From Phoronis australis (lineage: Eukaryota; Animalia; Phoronida), in assembly GCA_002633005.1 (NCBI GenBank), contig NMRA01000244.1, positions 382,547 through 446,546 of the forward strand: 64,000 nucleotides of DNA, given 5' to 3'. Below are positions 41,401 to 48,884 of this stretch, one piece after another. How positions within the stretch are numbered: the stretch's first letter is position 1; every line of letters starts with the position of its first letter. Position numbers and translations under genes: made by a program. The notes beneath the pieces are model-generated. The model was given only the letters and a program-made list of their open reading frames with translations. It did no database searches and was not told where the DNA came from.

Positions 41401-43578
41401 TTGGCAAAACAGTGAGACAAACATTATTGTATACACCCTGATGTGGCAGCTGAGGGCCGCAGCACGGCGCGCCACCTGTGTACCTGACGCTATCACAAAT
41501 CCTCTCTGCCTCACTACGTCGATCGTTTCCATGTAGTTAAGACATCGCGATCTCTCGAGTTGGGGCAGTGAAACACCGATAGACACGTTCTCGGAGTCAT
41601 TTTTAACTTGAGACTTCCTACCCTGGACCCCGGAAATATCCGGCAGCGTCACATGCTGTGCTGGATCGGCCTCGGTAGGGAGTGTCTTATTATTCACAGC
41701 CTCCGAACTCTCACTATGATTTTCCTGGCTCATTCCCTGTATCCGCGCTAACGGGAAGACACGCTTAGGTCTCTTTTTAGTCTTTGATTTCCCCATAAAT
41801 AAATTGGTCAACATTGTAATTAACACTGCTGCCTCGTTGATAGTATCAATATAGATTGACCGCTATTTACACGTATGTACGCGTAACACAATATTTCGCG
41901 CTTTCCGGAGAATTAATTACACAATGAAAACACAAAATGTGTCAATGCTATGGAGCTAGAAGAAGACTTGTCAGTTCTTCACGTTATCAATTATTTTGAC
42001 CATTCCGATTGCAAGGCATTCGTTTAAATCTTTTCACCCACGCTTAGTAGTAGAATACTTTAATCTTCAGACGAATATTATTCTGTAAGAGTGACCAACG
42101 TTACTACAGTATCCTCGCGCTCGTCACTGCGGCACGAAGGCAGCAATAAACTTTAGTGTATCTTTCTCCGCTCGCAAAATTCGTCGCACAATCTCTAGAT
42201 TTCAACCGAACTTGAACTCTGCACACAGAATGTACAATTCTGCGTGAATACTGCTCTCTGACTGTTGATGTGGTCATACATTGTCGTCTATTTTATGTCA
42301 CCAATGTTGACGTCTATATTGAAATGTCACGGTACCCCTGGAGAGGTAACATTTGCATCGCAGATCGAAGATTTGATTAGCCAGCCATTTATATAATTCG
42401 ATCACCTAAATAATAAAAGACCCATTCCACTGTGACGGCATGCAAATTGTACTGTCTTTAATGTTAAATTACGTTTGTACATATCAGCACTGTAAGTTGA
42501 CCTTAACTGAGTCTTAACTAAATAAAAAAGTTATTGTATTGTGGACTAGTGTGATCCGCACCGTACCTATTTTATTGAATAAAAAGATCGTTGAATGGAT
42601 TGCATGTAGCATTACATGCGCGCACCCAGGACGCTCGGGGGCTCGAACACCCCCCCGCATTTGGCGAAGTGGGCAAAAATCCGCTTCAGAGAAAAAAACT
42701 CCCGAAAAATGTAGAAAACGAGACAAACGTCCACTAAAAAGGCGGGAACTATCAAAATTCGGCTCATGCACTTTTAATAGCTAAGAACGTACCTTGGTAA
42801 ATCTTTGTAAAAGCTCCACATTCTCCAAGCCCCCCATATTTCAGGCTGGGTGCGCGCATGCATTGTACACATTTACCGATGGAGATTTTTGCGAGGCGAT
42901 TCGACATTTTTGTACGCGTAGTAACTAGCTTCAATAAAACTAAGTAAAAAATATCTAACTGAAAAAAAACATCACAAATATGAAATAGGCATTTTCCGTA
43001 CAGAGGTTACGAAATAGAGCAAATAATTATATGCATATGTATACCATCAAACTTCCCCGTAATTGTGCTTGTCTAGAGATTACAACATTGTTGACCAATA
43101 GACGACCTTCTCCGACCTTTTCTTACATGGGCGCGCACCATAGGGGGCTGGGGTTTGGGGGGGGGGGGCGGCTATAGCCCCCACTTATTTCAGTGCTGCG
43201 CCGCCAACGTTTTCGATTTAGATAATTAATAAAACTTTCCTGTTTATCTATTGTAGTGCTTGACACTTGTTATTTTGCCGTCGGTAGATTATTATAATCA
43301 AACCAACAGACTACCTTCACACTTAAAAAGTCTTTGACTTAGATCACTGAATACCCTTTACACTTACAAGCTGAGATCGTTGAGAACTGAGACATCCTTG
43401 ACATAGGCCGAGACCCCCGCGAGCTCTTCGAACCCGAGGAGTAGACAGAGTCCGATCCCGTGCTCAACTGTTTAAGAGGTTTGGTCAAGAGGGCTCCTCC
43501 CGCTCCACCATTAGGGAGTGACTTCGTGACCTTTTCAGGAACGAGCACTTCGTTCTGTGTCGAAGCGCCTGAACCCAT
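7332..43578 (-). CDS. Uncharacterised 2270-aa multidomain protein (gene A): MG start, 7 cupredoxin-like domains, CHB_HEX_C/Fn3-associated domain, 2 FN3 domains, disordered region, basic C-terminal region; 32 coding exons
   Basis: 32 GT-AG exons join in phase to 6813 nt: 43578-43368, 40902-40832, 39744-39691, 37771-37653, 37115-36903, 36397-36263, 35188-35092, 34156-34085, 32411-32377, 31434-31277, 30863-30726, 29615-29458, 29226-29110, 28623-28511, 28029-27978, 27744-27575, 26196-25992, 24303-24226, 24003-23847, 21292-21138, 19311-19205, 18779-18695, 18290-18165, 17414-17262, 16732-16568, 16034-15935, 15317-15153, 14679-13564, 11040-10888, 10473-10255, 9804-9001, 8443-7332. The motif V.V...GF.P..L.V..GD.V.W.W...H...G.Y.F recurs 7 times across exon joins. 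Confidence 0.85.
8612..8990. repeat. 44-47-bp minisatellite, about 8 copies, abutting the donor at 9000
   Basis: Unit ACAACTTGACCACCACCCCTCACCACAGTTAGCAGTATTTCAAAC. Confidence 0.9.
9001..9804 (-). CDS. Gene A exon, Ser-rich, with internal MGSQTSLGSRQLV repeats
   Basis: Lies within the 312-aa ORF; cag/gtgagt; phase 1-1. Confidence 0.82.
10255..10473 (-). CDS. Gene A exon, Gln/His-rich
   Basis: YPADLIHQNQQYPMQQH...; cag/gtaaaa; phase 1-1. Confidence 0.8.
10888..11040 (-). CDS. Gene A exon
   Basis: NDIDPFPVEHIYKDP...QSHPQ; tag/gtaagt; phase 1-1. Confidence 0.78.
12050..13210 (-). mobile_element. Highly degraded LINE RT relic
   Basis: LPQGSL...LGRLLVFIHFVND resembles GVPQGSVLGPLLFLIFVND; boundaries approximate. 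Confidence 0.5.
13564..14679 (-). CDS. Gene A large exon, Ser/Gly/Asp-rich disordered region
   Basis: Lies within the 403-aa ORF; phase 1 at both ends (cag / G|gtacta). Confidence 0.75.
15153..15317 (-). CDS. Gene A exon, end of FN3 domain 2
   Basis: GGKPKMSNELEVVLPLE...; cag/gtaatg. Confidence 0.85.
15935..16034 (-). CDS. Gene A exon, FN3 domain 2
   Basis: VLPDEDTNRCKVVIEGCQLHIPYKFVVMALPGN; tag/gtaggt. Confidence 0.86.
16065..16545. repeat. Degenerate tandem repeat filling an intron
   Basis: Recurrent TAATCAGTGTTAGTAACAG(G/C)TG and CATTACTAATC. Confidence 0.85.
16568..16732 (-). CDS. Gene A exon, FN3 domain 2
   Basis: ...LSIVWTSVSTQVQPISGYVLYLNGQQCGSK; cag/gtaatc. Confidence 0.88.
17262..17414 (-). 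CDS. Gene A exon, FN3 domain 1
   Basis: ITFNNV...VAGLAGGASYDTQLQVF...KSNNL; cag/gtaaga. Confidence 0.86.
18165..18290 (-). CDS. Gene A exon, FN3 domain 1
   Basis: ...CMEIFWEFPPENALDLIKGYQ; cag/gtaata. Confidence 0.85.
18695..18779 (-). CDS. Gene A linker exon
   Basis: RFWVLSNDTQSVHSEEGEQQVELPKQDQ; ttttttcag/gtaaag. Confidence 0.8.
19205..19311 (-). CDS. Gene A exon, end of CHB_HEX_C/Fn3-associated domain
   Basis: VYTDDKGIVLNKSGLCFIRAMAVSEMSENSDVFTS (IRA.A...S.V pattern); cag/gtaagt. Confidence 0.88.
19360..20520 (-). mobile_element. Degraded CR1/L2-type LINE: reverse transcriptase fragment and 3' end
   Basis: FIDLKKVFDTVDHTILL, GVPQGSILGPLLF, GLIYDQNLKFSHHVDYI...PHLDYCLPVWG; contains stops, frameshifts and deletions. 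Confidence 0.88.
21138..21292 (-). CDS. Gene A exon, CHB_HEX_C/Fn3-associated domain
   Basis: PTPFI...VRLDC...KIYYTVDGTLP motif; cag/gtatgt. Confidence 0.88.
21917..23534. mobile_element. Non-autonomous hAT-like DNA transposon, 1.6 kb, with a probable transposase relic
   Basis: TIR CAGGGCTTGGAAT / ATTCCAAGCCTTG; 6-bp direct repeat CTAATA; internal frameshifted W..DYFVE...CQCL segment. Confidence 0.65.
23847..24003 (-). CDS. Gene A exon, end of repeat 7
   Basis: APLSVVEGSLSFNSGKPVPQNSFLYTFDEVGVFGVASQGAPGYAGVVIV; aag/gtgagt. Confidence 0.86.
24226..24303 (-). CDS. Gene A exon, repeat 7
   Basis: NQTILWTWKDCQEAHNIIHVNPPDHE; tag/gtgcgt. Confidence 0.86.
24889..25372. mobile_element. TA-flanked MITE (Tc1/mariner-pogo type)
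   Basis: TIR CCGGGATTT(C/T)CCGTAGA(A/T)AA(C/G)CCCAT, with TA on both sides. Confidence 0.78.
25992..26196 (-). CDS. Gene A exon, repeats 6-7
   Basis: RCMNRAVVEKGVYHFTS...VIRVDSTGFHPEKVHIRM; tag/gtgagt. Confidence 0.86.
27575..27744 (-). CDS. Gene A exon, repeat 6
   Basis: VCEVMVTSHVDPDPLVCALNDVVVWTFKGLRQHDV...; cag/gtatgg. Confidence 0.86.
27978..28029 (-). CDS. Gene A exon, end of repeat 5
   Basis: QSLSKIFGAVVVTSQPS; cag/gtaagt. Confidence 0.83.
28511..28623 (-). CDS. Gene A exon, repeat 5
   Basis: VSHQGQFIESGFCSGAPRDSPSAFVHQFTACGVYYYI; cag/gtacag. Confidence 0.87.
29110..29226 (-). CDS. Gene A exon, repeat 5
   Basis: NYTIHVTDSGFEPKILTVHPSDRVWWVWQQGDKQHNIVQ; cag/gtgggt. Confidence 0.88.
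29458..29615 (-). CDS. Gene A exon, repeat 4
   Basis: MCRYLDSEAQ...GIGVYHFGVTD...TIIVQPGSR; tttacag/gtgagg. Confidence 0.83.
29592..29975. repeat. 49-bp minisatellite, about 8 copies, derived from an acceptor junction
   Basis: CAGAGTCC recurs at 29592, 29641, 29690, 29739, 29787, 29836, 29885. Confidence 0.95.
30726..30863 (-). CDS. Gene A exon, repeat 4
   Basis: LTFADSGDRIWWTWDMSEMIHNF...; cag/gtgact. Confidence 0.86.
31277..31434 (-). CDS. Gene A exon, repeats 3-4
   Basis: KGGLLCHTFDKPGVFFYSDQ...GTVIVRP...IELSSDGFTP; cag/gtaaat. Confidence 0.88.
32377..32411 (-). CDS. Gene A small exon, repeat 3
   Basis: ATFDGFRWPSP; strong polypyrimidine tract with cag, gttagt donor; needed to keep phase. 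Confidence 0.78.
32636..32875. repeat. 47-bp minisatellite, about 5 copies
   Basis: Unit CATGGTCAGCACTGTACAGCTGTGACCTCTTGAAGACATTCATTATA. Confidence 0.92.
34085..34156 (-). CDS. Gene A exon, repeat 3
   Basis: CRKPHGIYQIDAPEIDHPPDEPYK; ttcag/gtaagc. Confidence 0.82.
34121..35033. repeat. 72-bp minisatellite, about 12-13 copies, derived from an acceptor junction
   Basis: TGCATCTA recurs at 34121, 34193, 34265, 34337 and onward; the first unit overlaps exon 34085-34156. Confidence 0.95.
35092..35188 (-). CDS. Gene A exon, repeat 3
   Basis: EHRVEVLDRSFNPMILLVEAGDRVWWYWDRLK; cag/gtaagt. Confidence 0.88.
36006..36125. repeat. 43-bp tandem repeat, about 2.7 copies
   Basis: CAGACATGGAATCCTATCAC at 36008, 36051, 36094. 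Confidence 0.9.
36263..36397 (-). CDS. Gene A exon, repeat 2
   Basis: SGLVATQYGSYSQELRYPGLYYFQTEGY...CIVHVK; tag/gttagt. Confidence 0.85.
36633..36886. mobile_element. MITE of the same CAGGGCTTGGAAT family; related partial copy at about 37909-38120
   Basis: TIR CAGGGCTTAGAATT / AATTCCAAGCCCTG; shared internal AAGAGGAAAAATTTCCAGGTGA. Confidence 0.7.
36903..37115 (-). CDS. Gene A exon, repeats 1-2
   Basis: AGLRCTPLTVTVKP...IGFDPCRVSVDEGSVVKFNWKCEIPHSV; tag/gtaagc. Confidence 0.87.
37653..37771 (-). CDS. Gene A exon, cupredoxin-like repeat 1
   Basis: VVHDGESFRPVLGGYNSGPACLKGALSQLFTLEGEYKFV; tag/gtagt. Confidence 0.85.
38239..38561. mobile_element. MITE or foldback element with about 75-bp imperfect inverted arms
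   Basis: ATTAAACCTGTCCCTCTTTTTTGATT pairs with AATCAAAAAAGAGGGACAGGTTTAAT, with extended flanking complementarity. Confidence 0.65.
39691..39744 (-). CDS. Gene A exon, cupredoxin-like repeat 1
   Basis: VVSFSWHELTGNGFNVTQ; tag/gtaagc. Confidence 0.85.
40832..40902 (-). CDS. Gene A exon, start of cupredoxin-like repeat 1
   Basis: GPQEVKITKMGFSVQHLTINEGQ; cag acceptor, gtaagg donor. Confidence 0.85.
41484..41796 (-). CDS. Gene A probable alternative first coding exon (MGKSKTKKRPKRVFP...)
   Basis: Open frame of 104 codons in a CpG-rich region; phase-1 donor TCAG|gtacac is compatible with exon 40902. Confidence 0.5.
42615..42860. mobile_element. MITE with 15-bp TIR
   Basis: CATGCGCGCACCCAG ... 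CTGGGTGCGCGCATG; no clear TSD. Confidence 0.65.
43368..43578 (-). CDS. Gene A first coding exon (MGSGASTQ..., N-myristoylation consensus)
   Basis: ATG at 43578; MGxxxS; Ser-rich; phase-1 donor T|gtaagt. Confidence 0.75.
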
Positions 43579-43839
43579 CTCACACTGTCTTCTGCAACAT
43601 AAGTCACTGTCATGGAGCTAATCAGTTGTTTCCAGCTACACTGTTACTTTTCCGTGAGTACAATTTTAACGCAAAGACTCTCTATAAAAATGCACTTAAA
43701 AGAATACTAAACCCTGTTTCTGTTATTTCACAATTCTCGTTCCGTCACCTGCTAATGCGTCACTGGCGCACCACTTGAGTGATAAAACAAAATTCAGCTA
43801 AAAGATATATCCTCTCTTTGTCATAGGTTGGATATTTTG

Positions 43840-44075
43840 GTTCTTGGTGGGCGGTTTTCCCCTACAGTTGTCGTCTAACTTGCCTGAAGAGTATGTCACG
43901 CTCGCCAGTTTATCATACTCGGTAAGCAATTTTCAAATTTTGGTCCATACTTTCGAGGATAGTCGAGTTTTACAGAGCATTATTTTGTTTCTTAGAACTG
44001 GATGGAAGAGATGTTTTTAAGATCTGTCAATAGGCCAAAACCGGTTTTAATATCCTTCTAAGTAATTACATTTGA
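43840..44075 (+). repeat. Dispersed repeat, diverged copy of about 47080-47315
   Basis: Shared blocks TCTTGGTGGG..CCCT.CAGT and GAAC.GGATGGAA...ATCTGT.AATAGGCCAAAAC. Confidence 0.6.
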
Positions 44076-45062
44076 CGTCTAGGCTTATATAAGGATTTGC
44101 GTGATCATTTTTTTGTCACGTAAAGGCCATCAGCAAAAAGAACACTTTTCTAAATTATACTACGTGCGTGCCCTTATGAAAAGACATTTGAGTACAAAAC
44201 AGTGCTGCACTACTGTAAGATCAGTGCAGAAGTACTGACTTAAATTGAGAAAATTCACGTTTCCAGTAGCAGGTATACTTTTGCTATTGGCGCGTTTCAG
44301 TTAGATATTCAAAGCTAATTCAGTTCTACAGCTCATGTCGGTCAAGATTCATCAGCTGATCAACTGCATGCAAATTTCATGACGAGGAATGCGTTGTCTG
44401 ATTGGATGCACAACGGAGAATGAATATTGCAAGTATTTTGCGGAAGTTTCTATGTGAAACCAAAGTACGTAGTAACGAAGCCACTTCTTCCCAAAATGTC
44501 ACCCGCCCAGAGCGAAGAAATAAAACAGTGGCACGTTTTTTTTTCTTCTGAATTTGATTCTGTCAATGTGCGCAATTGGGTCCCACTAATTGTGAGTGAA
44601 CGCATTCCGTCATTCAGACATCCTGCTACATTTTGGCAAGTTTTTTGTTTCGTTACATTTACGTATTGTTGCCACAGTAACTCTGAAGCGCTGTCCCGTC
44701 AAGCAATAGCAGTGCCACCACGTGGTGTTCCTTTACAGCGCTACAGCTACACTGTAGCCTATATATCATTTGAGATTCATTGAATAAGGAATGTTTCAAG
44801 CTTAAAATATCTGTCGTTGTTCTCAATTAGCAACGGGTATCACATTTTAAATCCAACACGAGTAATTTTACAAGTCAGCGATTTGTTTCAAATAATGTAA
44901 CTTCCAGATTTACGGAGTAGAGCCGACTTTTACGTTACTATGATTTACAGGGGTCGGATCCATTTAGGTTATTTTCTACAATATAGTAGAAAATGGCAAA
45001 TATCAATAACAATCGACTAAAATGTGCTGGCGAAATAGACTATAAAATAGCAGCAACGTTAC

Positions 45063-45081
45063 CTCTGCTGTGCCTTGCCAT
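45063..45081 (-). CDS. Possible most-upstream first exon of gene A (5'UTR, or short MARHSR start)
   Basis: Donor GAG|gtaacg at 45062, about 85 bp downstream of the X-box; ATG at 45081 gives phase 1. Confidence 0.3.
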
Positions 45082-45145
45082 AAAAATGGCCGTGGTAGAA
45101 ACAGCAAACATTTAGAAACAATAAAAAATCCTCCGTTCTCACGAT

Positions 45146-45158
45146 GTTGCTAAGCAAC
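45146..45158. promoter_or_regulatory. RFX X-box at the putative promoter of gene A
   Basis: GTTGCTAAGCAAC fits GTNRCN(N0-3)RGYAAC; CpG-rich context just upstream of a donor site. Confidence 0.6.
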
Positions 45159-47299
45159 GACAGCAGATGTCAAATTTTAGGTAAACCGTGAAGATCTTAC
45201 CTTAAAAGCCGGTTCACACGGGTAACGTGTGTGCACCAAGTGTTTTCTGTTCTACGCCAAGTCAACAATATATTATTATTATGAATTATCTACTGATACA
45301 TCACAATACAACACAGCAAAGTTACGGCAGCGGTTGAGGTCGTTGAATAACGATGAGGAATGTAAGACAATATTACCTGACTTAATTATTGATAACCCAT
45401 CATGCACAACGACCTATGTTATGGACGAAGAAACCAGCTGCCGTGGGCCTGCGCACGCTCGACGCGTGAATTATTAATGCTTCGTGATATCATTCGTTGA
45501 TTTGGAGCTCTACCATTTTCCATTGTTACGATTATCACCAAGGATTCAATGACGGGCAGTTATTATGAAAATAAGGTACACGTATTAGAAATAGCAAGTC
45601 TTATTTAAATTATCGGCTGCAAACGCTCTTTATCATTTTTTATTTTGTAAACCCCGATAGGATTTTGCAAATTATTTCCAGACGTGCACATGAACCTTTA
45701 TTAGGAGTCAAGTAAAAAGCTTCAAGTTAAAGCTCATGTTTGCCTTTTTCTTGTGGTATAAAATTTTGCAAAATCTGATACTGACGAGAACAACAAAATA
45801 AGATAATAAGTTGGAGTTTGATTTAGAAGATTATACCTGTACGGACCTCGGTGATCACTAAATTCACACCTTGCTCTGCCAAGAATGCGCTGCTGTTCTA
45901 GAGGGAATCTAAATTAGATAAAAAAAACTAGATCTGCGGAGGCAGGTATCCGGGGATTCAACCCCCTCAATAATTGACTTCTGGCAAAACATTTTTTCTG
46001 TCGCTTACAACGAGACTGAATGTATAAGCCTCATCGATAAAATCGATAACGCGACACTGCAAAACCCTTCTAAAATATATATTGCCTAATTCACCTGTTT
46101 ATTATTTTCGGTAACATTACCTCTCTAACTAGACGATTGTTTTTGTTACTGATAAAAGCTGTTTAAATTTAGCGCACGGCGATTTGGAGCAGTGAATGAA
46201 TCACGAATGATGTTGGCGAAATCTCAACCAATCGACGAACAACAGACACATTTCGCCGTCATGCAGCGCTTTTCCTGTAAAGTACAGTCCTCTTCTCACA
46301 AACCGCATTATATTATTTCCTCGTGAAAATTGACCTTTTCATTCGAACTGGAAATTTTTATTGTTTGGGTCAGAAAAATAACGCCATAAGAAAAGAACGG
46401 CAGGTGAGGTTCATGAGAAAGGAACACGAGAGGAAGTTGTCCCCCAAGGAATGTGCTTGTGATTATTCATACATTTTACAATAATAAAGAAAGCAGGCAA
46501 CTGCACGACATGTTTACTATAACTAAGAAGTCAATTACAGTTGTACAACAGAATTACATTTGCATTGATGAAAAAACTTCACCGTGCATGACGGAGAAAG
46601 TAGGCTCCCAAGATAATACTGGTAGCTCTGAGGCTTTAAGAGTATACATTTATATGTTATTTATGATGTACTTTTGAAAATCACGGGACGCATTTGCCCA
46701 TAGCCGAAAACAACATAACTTGTTACTGGGAGCTAGGAACCAATATGAGATTGGTTCCTAGCTGGGAGTAAGAAGAAAGTACTTTAGTTAACTTGTGAAA
46801 ACAAAGCCGCCAAAGTCTCACAAAGCTCTGCATGGTCAAGTCTAACTGGCATCCCCACGTTGGAAACTATGACTTCAAGATAAAATCCCAACTTGCAGGT
46901 GCGAACTGTTAGGATACAAACACTTGGGGTCTACTTGATGAAACTGAAATAACCTTGTTCTGGCAATTTCAACCAATCCTCGTTCCGTCACATGCCAGTA
47001 TATTTCTGGCGTCCCATTTGAATGATCAAAGCAAAAGTCAGCTAACATTCACACTTTCTGTGTCAGATTGTGTTTTATGGCTCTTGGTCGGATGGTCTTT
47101 CCCTGCAGTGTCTTATAACTCATCTTAAAAGTAGGCAATGCTTACCTATTCAGCAAATTTAGAAAGCAGTTTGCAACTTTTGTTCCAAACTTTAATTAGA
47201 GCGTTGTGGAAGGTTACATAGCTTTATTTTATTTCAGAGAACCGGATGGAAATGTCGTTTTCAATATCTGTTAATAGGCCAAAACTGTGTTTGGCATCC

Positions 47300-47820
47300 T
47301 TTCAAGAATTAAGACTAAAATTCGGTCTTACACTAAACAAAAAAAATTGCTGAAAAAGGTTTATCCAAGTAATTATGAGCACATCAGACACGAGAAATAA
47401 TTCACAGACATATCCTCATGTTTTCTTTGCTTGTGAGGTATGCAAGGAGGAGAGGATACAGCTCTTCCAGGCACTCGAACAATACCCCAATGTTTATAAA
47501 AAATATTCTGAAATTTCGCAATTGTACAACAAAATTAATTTCTTTCTATATGGATGTCAAGAACTTAACTCAAACGAAAATAAGGTTTTATTTGAAATAG
47601 TATCAGAATTTCTTTATAACATTAAATCTCTTTGTATGAGTGGATAGAATTTTATACATCTGTATGAAAATGAATTATTTTCATTCGTTGTCATATATCA
47701 TTGTATTCTTAACATCAGTTTTTTTATTTATGTATTCGTATAGAATCATTGTATATAGACTTCTTTGTATTTTTTTTACCCAGATCTAATGCCTCTTGGC
47801 GCTTTCTGGGTTATGTATAT
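47300..47820 (+). mobile_element. LINE ORF2 C-terminal relic with AT-rich 3' tail
   Basis: HVFFACE...R..LF...FFLYG...LN..EN..LF..V..FL pattern, typical of invertebrate LINE ORF2 ends. Confidence 0.6.
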
Positions 47821-48038
47821 TCATTGTATTCTGAAGATTTCGTAATAAACATTAAAAAAAAGAAATAATTCACTGAAATTATTTCATTAACTATCAGTTG
47901 CCAAATGAATATATTCTCCTTCAGAGACTTTACACTTTTTCTCAAGTAAGACTTAAATATTTCGCAGAAACAATGAAGTGGTGCCGAAATTAAGTTAATA
48001 CTTTTCATGAAACAGATGCCTGGCCATCTTCTGTGAGA

Positions 48039-48052
48039 CCACTAGAGGGCGC
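48039..48052 (+). promoter_or_regulatory. CTCF core motif between FBXL13 and gene A
   Basis: CCACTAGAGGGCGC, consensus match. Confidence 0.55.
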
Positions 48053-48377
48053 CGTAACTAATTACTAGTAACAACAAGAGTGTAGGACACATAGCTTCAA
48101 CCAAAAGAAAACAACCAAGTAAAATACATTTTACACATATATTTTTAAGAAAACAAATACATTTAATAAAAATCAGTATATTATTTACATACATGTCAAC
48201 AGAGTCAAAAAGTCCCTTTTTACATACATCTTTTTACAGATCAAATAAGCATTCTCAGTATTTTTCCACTATCAATTAGTGTGTACATCTGAAATGAGAC
48301 AGATACTAACCCCTGCACCTAAAAATTTGACTTTTAACACAATTTCTATATGTATTGTATACGTCCAGCCTGCCTCA

Positions 48378-48390
48378 GTTGCTAGGTAAC
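48378..48390. promoter_or_regulatory. RFX X-box in the FBXL13 3' region, upstream of gene A
   Basis: GTTGCTAGGTAAC, consensus match. Confidence 0.45.
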
Positions 48391-48799
48391 ACGCTTTCAC
48401 AAGTCCACATCCTATGTACACCTACATGTACTGTGAATACTAGAGATACTTCGGAATTCCTAAATGCTGACTCAGCATTTCCTTACAGACTGATTCTTCA
48501 TAATTCACTCTTTACCTTACGGCACTTAATTTATTAGAAAATACATTTTAGTACAAGACAATTTTTGTGTCTATTTTACTTTGGTTGACATAAATGACAT
48601 GCCCCGTAAATGCCACTTTTAAGTGATAATCCAGGGCACAGTATTATGGACCAATCACGGCCATGGAGACAAAGTCACATGACTTGAGGCTGACCATAAA
48701 TGAGTGAGAATTCATTGGACAACACTTATCTATCAAACAATCACAGCCTAGGAGAGGAAGTCACATGACCAGAGACTGACCATGCATGACGTGCACAGA

Positions 48800-48884
48800 C
48801 TACGAATACCCAAACCATGGAGGAATATCATCGTCATTGTACTCAACAACCTCAATGGCTCTCATCAACTTCTGGGCTGCATGT
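48800..48884 (-). CDS. FBXL13: FBXL13 last coding exon
   Basis: HAAQKLMRAIEVVEYNDDDIPPWFGYS*; TAG at 48800-48802. Confidence 0.92.
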
